From Acidobacteriota bacterium (GTDB lineage Bacteria > Acidobacteriota > Terriglobia > Terriglobales > Acidobacteriaceae): a DNA stretch of 64,000 nt. Below, in pieces: positions 59,252 to 64,000 of this stretch. The stretch spans positions 4,789 through 68,788 of the forward strand of contig JAGWRX010000025.1 of assembly GCA_028876395.1 (NCBI GenBank), written 5' to 3'. Every line of letters starts with the position of its first letter. Positions within the stretch are counted from its first letter, which is position 1. The position numbers and the translations under genes are program-made. The notes beneath the pieces were generated by a model. It was given only the letters and a program-made list of their open reading frames with translations. It searched no databases and had not been told where the DNA came from.

Positions 59252-60097
59252 ATGACGATATCGATTCCCCGGGTTGTCAAACTCGCCGCCGCTCTGCTGC
59301 TTCCACTCGCTGCCGTTTCCAGTCTTGCCCAGGACTGGGCCAAGTCCCGGCTGGATGCATCGCCTCGCCACCACGAGTACATCGCGCTCAAGCACGACGG
59401 CCGCACCGTGCAGGCCTTTGTCGTCTACCCCGAGGTCAAGAACAAGGCCACCGTCGTCATTCTCATTCACGAGATCTTCGGCCTCAGCGACTGGGCCAAG
59501 GAAATGGCCGATGAACTGGCCGGGCAAGGGTTCATCGTCGTCGCGCCCGACCTGCTCTCCGGCCACGGTCCCAACGGCGGCGGCACCAGCGAGTTCCCCG
59601 GCCAGGACGCAGTTGTCAAAGCCGTCTCCGGTCTTGACCCCGACGCCGTCACCGCCGATCTGGATGCGGCCGCCGACTATGGAAAGCATCTCCCAGCCGC
59701 CAACGGCAGGATTGTCACTGTCGGATTCTGCTGGGGTGGAGGCAAGTCGTTCGCGTTCGCTACCCACCGCAAAGACCTCTCCGCCTCTTTCGTCTTCTAC
59801 GGGCCGGGTCCCGCGGACGTGTCCGCAATTAACGCGCCTGTCTACGGCTTTTATGCGGAGAACGATGCCCGCATCGGCGCCACCATTCCGGGCACGATTG
59901 CGGCAATGAAGGCCGCCGGAAAGACCTACGAGCCCGTCACCTACACCGGCGCGGGCCATGGTTTCATGCGCGCCGGAGAAGATCCCAACAACACCGTCCC
60001 GGGCAACAAGACGGCCCGCGAGCAGGGCTTCGAGCGCCTCATCAAGCTCCTCAGGGGACTGAAAAGCAAACCGATGGCAACGGGAGCAGCCATGTAG
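59252..60097 (+). CDS. Dienelactone hydrolase family protein, exported
   Basis: IHEIFGL, APDL, GFCWGG, FYG, GAGHGF. Confidence 0.92.
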   Translation: MTISIPRVVKLAAALLLPLAAVSSLAQDWAKSRLDASPRHHEYIALKHDGRTVQAFVVYPEVKNKATVVILIHEIFGLSDWAKEMADELAGQGFIVVAPDLLSGHGPNGGGTSEFPGQDAVVKAVSGLDPDAVTADLDAAADYGKHLPAANGRIVTVGFCWGGGKSFAFATHRKDLSASFVFYGPGPADVSAINAPVYGFYAENDARIGATIPGTIAAMKAAGKTYEPVTYTGAGHGFMRAGEDPNNTVPGNKTAREQGFERLIKLLRGLKSKPMATGAAM

Positions 60098-60188
60098 GTG
60101 CTTCCGCGCGTTTCCCTCGTTCTGCTTTACCGTTGCGGATACGTATTGAAATGCTGACGGCCAGCGGGTAGAAAGGCTTAAAAAAACT

Positions 60189-61733
60189 ATGGACCGCAGG
60201 GAATTCTTGTTTGCAGCGGGCGCGGGTGTGGCCTCAACGCTTTCATCGCGAATCTTCGCTGAGGGCCTTGGCCAGGGCAGCGTGGAGTCCGGCGTGACGG
60301 CGATCAGTATTGATCTCAGCAAGACCGTGGGCACTTTACCCCACTACTGGGAAAATTGCGCTGGCTCTGATCGCACCGTTGTGGGACTTCGGCAGCAGTG
60401 GCGCGAGGACCTGGTGCGCGCACACCGCGATATGGGTATGAAGTCGGTAAGGTGCCACGGTCTTTTTGATGACGAGATGGGCATCGCGGCGGCCGGAGCA
60501 GGTGCATTCAACTTCCTCTATGTCGATCAGGTATACGATTTCATGCTCGACCACGGCGTGCGTCCGTTCGTCGAACTGAGCTTCATGCCTGAAGCCTTTG
60601 CCAGCAGTAACAATCGCATCTTCGCCTATAAAGGCAACACGTCTCCTCCACGGCGCTGGCAGGACTGGCACGACATGATCTATGCATTCACCGATCATTG
60701 CGTCAAGCGCTATGGCATTGGTGAAGTCAGCGGATGGAACTTCGAGGTCTGGAACGAGCCGAACATCGCTTTCTGGGCTGGAACGCAGGAACAGTATTTC
60801 GAGCTCTACCGGCAATCGGCGCTCGCTGTAAAAGCCGTCGACAAGCGCATCCCGGTCGGCGGGCCATCGACAGCTCAACTGGCCTGGATTCCAGACCTGA
60901 TCCGCTATTGCGGCGCCAAAGGAGTCCCGCTCGATTTCGTCAGCACCCATGTGTATCCCAACGATCCGCAGAAGTATATTTTCGGCCGCGACCACGCCTA
61001 CACCTTCGAACAGGTCATCCCGCGTGGCGTGGAGCAGGTTCGGCATCAGGTAGAGTCATCGGCCATGCCGCATCTGCCCCTTTTGATCACCGAGTGGAGT
61101 TCGCAGAATCCCGCGTTTATCGCCGATACCGTCAAGAATTGCATCGGCCTCGCGGAAACAATGTCCTATTGGACGTTCAGCAATGTGTTTGAAGAGGGCG
61201 GAGTTCCGAGCGGCATCTTCAATGAGACCTTCGGAATGTTGGACCAATGGGGTATCGCAAGACCTTCCCTGCACGCACTTGCATTCCTGCACAGACTTGG
61301 CGAAAAACAGTTGCAGGCCAGCGATGGTCCTGTTCTTGCAACCGAGCGTGCCGACGGTTCCTTCGCGGTTCTGGTGTGGAACCTGATCCCTGCGGCGGAG
61401 GCTGCCGCTGTTGCGAATGGCAACCCGATGGCCGCAGGTGCGGGCACAGACCGGGCTGTTGGCGCTTCACGCCTCCTGCATCTCAAGCTGAGCGGGCTGC
61501 GCGGGCGAAAACAGATTCTGGTAAGTCAGGTGAACTCGCAGGAGGGCTCGGCATTGCCCGCTTGGAAAGCCATGGGCAGTCCCAAATATCCCAGCCAGGA
61601 CCAGATTAAACAGCTGCGGGCGGCTGCAGAGCTCGGCAAGCCGGCCGCGCACGCGCTCGCACCGGACGAACCCGCGGTTTTCACAATCGAGCTGCCTCCA
61701 AACAGTATCGCCCTGCTTGAGTTGGAGAAGTAG
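60189..61733 (+). CDS. Glycoside hydrolase family 39 (beta-xylosidase), Tat signal
   Basis: DRREFL; VRCHGLFDDEM, PFVELSFMP, FEVWNEPN, STHVY, ITEW, YWTFSNVFEE. Confidence 0.93.
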   Translation: MDRREFLFAAGAGVASTLSSRIFAEGLGQGSVESGVTAISIDLSKTVGTLPHYWENCAGSDRTVVGLRQQWREDLVRAHRDMGMKSVRCHGLFDDEMGIAAAGAGAFNFLYVDQVYDFMLDHGVRPFVELSFMPEAFASSNNRIFAYKGNTSPPRRWQDWHDMIYAFTDHCVKRYGIGEVSGWNFEVWNEPNIAFWAGTQEQYFELYRQSALAVKAVDKRIPVGGPSTAQLAWIPDLIRYCGAKGVPLDFVSTHVYPNDPQKYIFGRDHAYTFEQVIPRGVEQVRHQVESSAMPHLPLLITEWSSQNPAFIADTVKNCIGLAETMSYWTFSNVFEEGGVPSGIFNETFGMLDQWGIARPSLHALAFLHRLGEKQLQASDGPVLATERADGSFAVLVWNLIPAAEAAAVANGNPMAAGAGTDRAVGASRLLHLKLSGLRGRKQILVSQVNSQEGSALPAWKAMGSPKYPSQDQIKQLRAAAELGKPAAHALAPDEPAVFTIELPPNSIALLELEK

Positions 61734-61782
61734 AGTTCGTGCGATTGGAGCTTCCACATCGCGTCAGGAGAGAAAGCATTCC

Positions 61783-62289
61783 ATGCGGAAATATCTCACA
61801 GCAATCGCGATCATCGCAGCGGCGGCGCTTCCCGTTGCTGCAGAACAGGTCAACCTCAGCGGAACCTGGAAATTGAATCTGGCCTCCAGCTTTATGGCTG
61901 GAGAGCATCCGGCGCCGAACTATGAGTTTACAAAGGTCCTGCTTCAGCAGGGCCTTACCATTCAGCAGACCGACATCCAAAAACACGTCAGCATCGTAAA
62001 CATCCCATTGCCCGACTCGCGCGTCTCGTCTGAGTTAACCGCGGATGGACAGGAACACGATGCCCCGGCCCCGGCACCCTTTCCCGGAATGCCGTCGGCC
62101 CACTTGAAGGTCACCGCTGAGTGGCAGGGCGGTACCCTTTTGGTTCAAGAACGCAACGCGAGTGCAGGCCGCCCCTCCACCACTGTCAGGCGCTACTTCC
62201 TATCCGATAATGGTCAGCACCTGATCGAGCTGATTGAAGCCCACAATGCATTCGGCGACACCGAGCAGCGATTGGTGTTTGATAAGTAG
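61783..62289 (+). CDS. Exported hypothetical protein (lipocalin-like NLSGTWKLN start)
   Basis: AGGAG RBS, signal peptide, NLSGTWKLN, ends LVFDK. Confidence 0.7.
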   Translation: MRKYLTAIAIIAAAALPVAAEQVNLSGTWKLNLASSFMAGEHPAPNYEFTKVLLQQGLTIQQTDIQKHVSIVNIPLPDSRVSSELTADGQEHDAPAPAPFPGMPSAHLKVTAEWQGGTLLVQERNASAGRPSTTVRRYFLSDNGQHLIELIEAHNAFGDTEQRLVFDK

Positions 62290-62677
62290 GCAGCTTCGAC
62301 CACGCCTGATCCAAAGCCCCGTGAGATCGGTGCGAACATTCAGATTCACGGAGCGGCTGCGAAGATTGACCGAAGGCACACAAGAGCATTGGGAAGCGGA
62401 GAAGCAGATGAAGCCGGATGCGATGCAAGGTTGGAAGATTCGGGCGACGGGCAGCATCCTGGTACGTGCCCCTGGCGCGCGTGCGGCGTGAACGCAAAGC
62501 CGCTCAAGCACGCTGGCCTTCACGCACTACATCCCGTCCGCCATGGTAGCCATGATGATGTGGGCCTGAATCAGGTCCGCAGAGACGCATAAATGCGGAA
62601 TCTCCCGCAGAGAAGAATCTCACAAGGCGCTTGTTCTAAATTATTTAGCTTGAATTTCCAGAAGATGGGCCAAACGT

Positions 62678-62699
62678 TGGTGCCGAAGAAGGGACTCGA
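62678..62699 (-). mobile_element. att site: displaced 3' end of a tRNA (probably Leu), marking an island boundary
   Basis: Minus strand TCGAGTCCCTTCTTCGGCACCA (T-arm half, acceptor strand, CCA) with no upstream tRNA body. Confidence 0.75.
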
Positions 62700-62836
62700 C
62701 CTGCGGCATTTTGGAACCTTTTGAAATCAAACCACTTAGAGATGTAAGCCATTGAATGGCTTAAAGTTACCTCTGCTCTTCATTCCAACGGTTGCCAGCG
62801 GCTTCCAGTCGCTTCCAACCTCAAATTCGCCAAAAG

Positions 62837-62856
62837 TAGTAACAAATAGTAACAAA
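62837..62856. repeat. Tandem 10-mer, candidate integrase arm-type sites
   Basis: TAGTAACAAA x2, about 140 bp inside the att fragment in an AT-rich stretch. Confidence 0.55.
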
Positions 62857-63150
62857 CTGCCAGCGACTGTCTGCGAAGTCGTCTTGTGTAGCCCGGCGAC
62901 AGCCATCATAGCGCAAACGAGACGAAGCCGACACACGTCAATGTTGAACTGCTGCGGATGCGGATGTCTGTTACCGATGAGGACGAAGCAGTTCGCATAG
63001 CTCGTCCACAATCGCCCCTCATCCGTTCGGCGCATTTGTCGCGCACCAGTCGGCCCACAATGTCACGGAAATCGTGGTCATGTGGTACGGGGTGGCTGAT
63101 GCCGGATCAGCATATCGGAGCCCGCGACGCTGGGGGCATTCAAAACAGGA

Positions 63151-63432
63151 TCAAGAACTTACCTTAAGACAAAGCCCGCACGGAAGCACTCTAGTCTGGT
63201 CATCTAAGACGTTGATTTGACGCATTTGGATACACACGGCATGGCACAGTCTGCGGCACACCTGCATTCCGTGCCGCGGCGAGATTTGTCCTTTGGCGCG
63301 ACGGAAAGGATAGGCGTAGAAAGTGCCCCCGAATTTGCTCATCCCTTGCTCAATCGCCAGCTTTGGAGTGCCACGACGCTTCGCAAAATGAACCGCGAAG
63401 ATCCAGACGTTTGTATCGATGACGACGATCAC
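63151..63432 (-). pseudogene. Decayed PIN-domain toxin
   Basis: MIVVIDTNVWI PIN start; remainder lacks the other PIN motifs; GTGA overlap with the antitoxin stop. Confidence 0.65.
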
Positions 63433-63693
63433 CCGTTCGATCGCACCTTGCTGCGGCGCGGCTTCTCAGCGCACACCTGCTCGATGAGCCGGGGTACATC
63501 AGCCTCGGTGTAGCCCTTCGGGTTGCGGCTGGCCGCGTACTCGCCCAAATCATTCAGCATCGTTCGCGCCTGCTGGGCCGCGGACGTGCGAAAGGCCTCA
63601 CGGAATAGCTCGCTTATCGTGCGGCTGTCCCGCTGAGCCAGAACCTCTGCCCTTTGCTAAAGCCGTTGCCGAGGAGCAGGTGTCTCTTGCCAT
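63429..63693 (-). pseudogene. Decayed CopG/RHH antitoxin
   Basis: RAEVLAQRDSRTISELFREAFR...YTEADVPRLI; TAG at 63657-63659 and ATG 63693 out of frame. Confidence 0.7.
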
Positions 63694-63795
63694 ATCTTTC
63701 AGCCATCGTCAGCGCTTTATCGAAGTTGATCGGTATATTCGACACCGCTCTCACCATAAGAACCTGGGCGTGGCAACAGAATTAATTCCGAAGCT

Positions 63796-64000
63796 GGGTA
63801 TCCATTTGACTCAGGTTGGCCCAACCTGTAGTGTTCGGGCTCATGGAAGAGGATTATCCGCGCACTCTTCTGGAGCTGGAGCGACGTTTCGGCACTGAAG
63901 AGGCTTGCCGGGAGTATCTGTTCCAGCTTCGTTTTCCGGACGGATTCCGTTGTCCTCGCTGTGGCGCTGGCAAGAGCTGGCCCTTGCAATCGGGCCGTGT
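63796..64000 (+). mobile_element. IS1595-family (ISXO2-like) element, left end and transposase start (ATG 63843), running out of the window
   Basis: MEEDYPRTLLELERRFGTEEACREYLFQLRFPDGFRCPRCG zinc-ribbon N-terminus; GGGTATCCATTTGACTCA candidate terminal repeat at 63796. Confidence 0.85.

Noticed and set aside
62290-62677. Short ORFs between the last hypothetical gene and the att site
   Set aside because: No recognisable motifs, RBS or consistent coding pattern
62678-62699. Functional tRNA gene
   Set aside because: Only the last 22 nt are present; no D arm or anticodon arm can be folded upstream on the minus strand

Overview
GC-rich bacterial chromosome segment. The gene styles (IspE with an internal insert, prs-rplY-pth-rpsF-rpsR-rplI, many Tat-exported hydrolases, GGGTG(G/C)CCC-type intergenic palindromes) suggest Acidobacteriota; this is an inference. 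Layout: 1-24.7 kb is mostly housekeeping and accessory genes (pirin, gluQ, RNase T2, ECF/anti-sigma/DUF4252 operon, S9 peptidase, Y-family polymerase, ispE, tRNA-Gln, ribosomal proteins). 22.8-33.3 kb is a thiol/sulfur-flavoured RND efflux cluster containing an ECF sigma fused to its own zinc-finger anti-sigma. 33.5-37.8 kb is molybdate uptake with a fused ModBC, a probable outer-membrane channel and a TOBE regulator. The highlight is 37.9-47.4 kb: a sigma54/two-component-controlled operon encoding a Cyc2-like cytochrome-porin fusion, a monoheme cytochrome c, an FAD/FeS NAD(P)H oxidoreductase, a Rieske protein, a fused cytochrome b and a hexaheme cytochrome c, i.e. a candidate complete electron conduit between cytoplasmic NAD(P)H and the cell exterior. 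After it come a diheme cytochrome plus IorAB-type molybdoenzyme, a CusCBA system, GH43/GH39 hydrolases, and the left edge of a tRNA-integrated island (att fragment, decayed toxin-antitoxin pair, IS1595). Two otherwise intact genes (an ECF sigma and cusA) carry single in-frame TAG codons.
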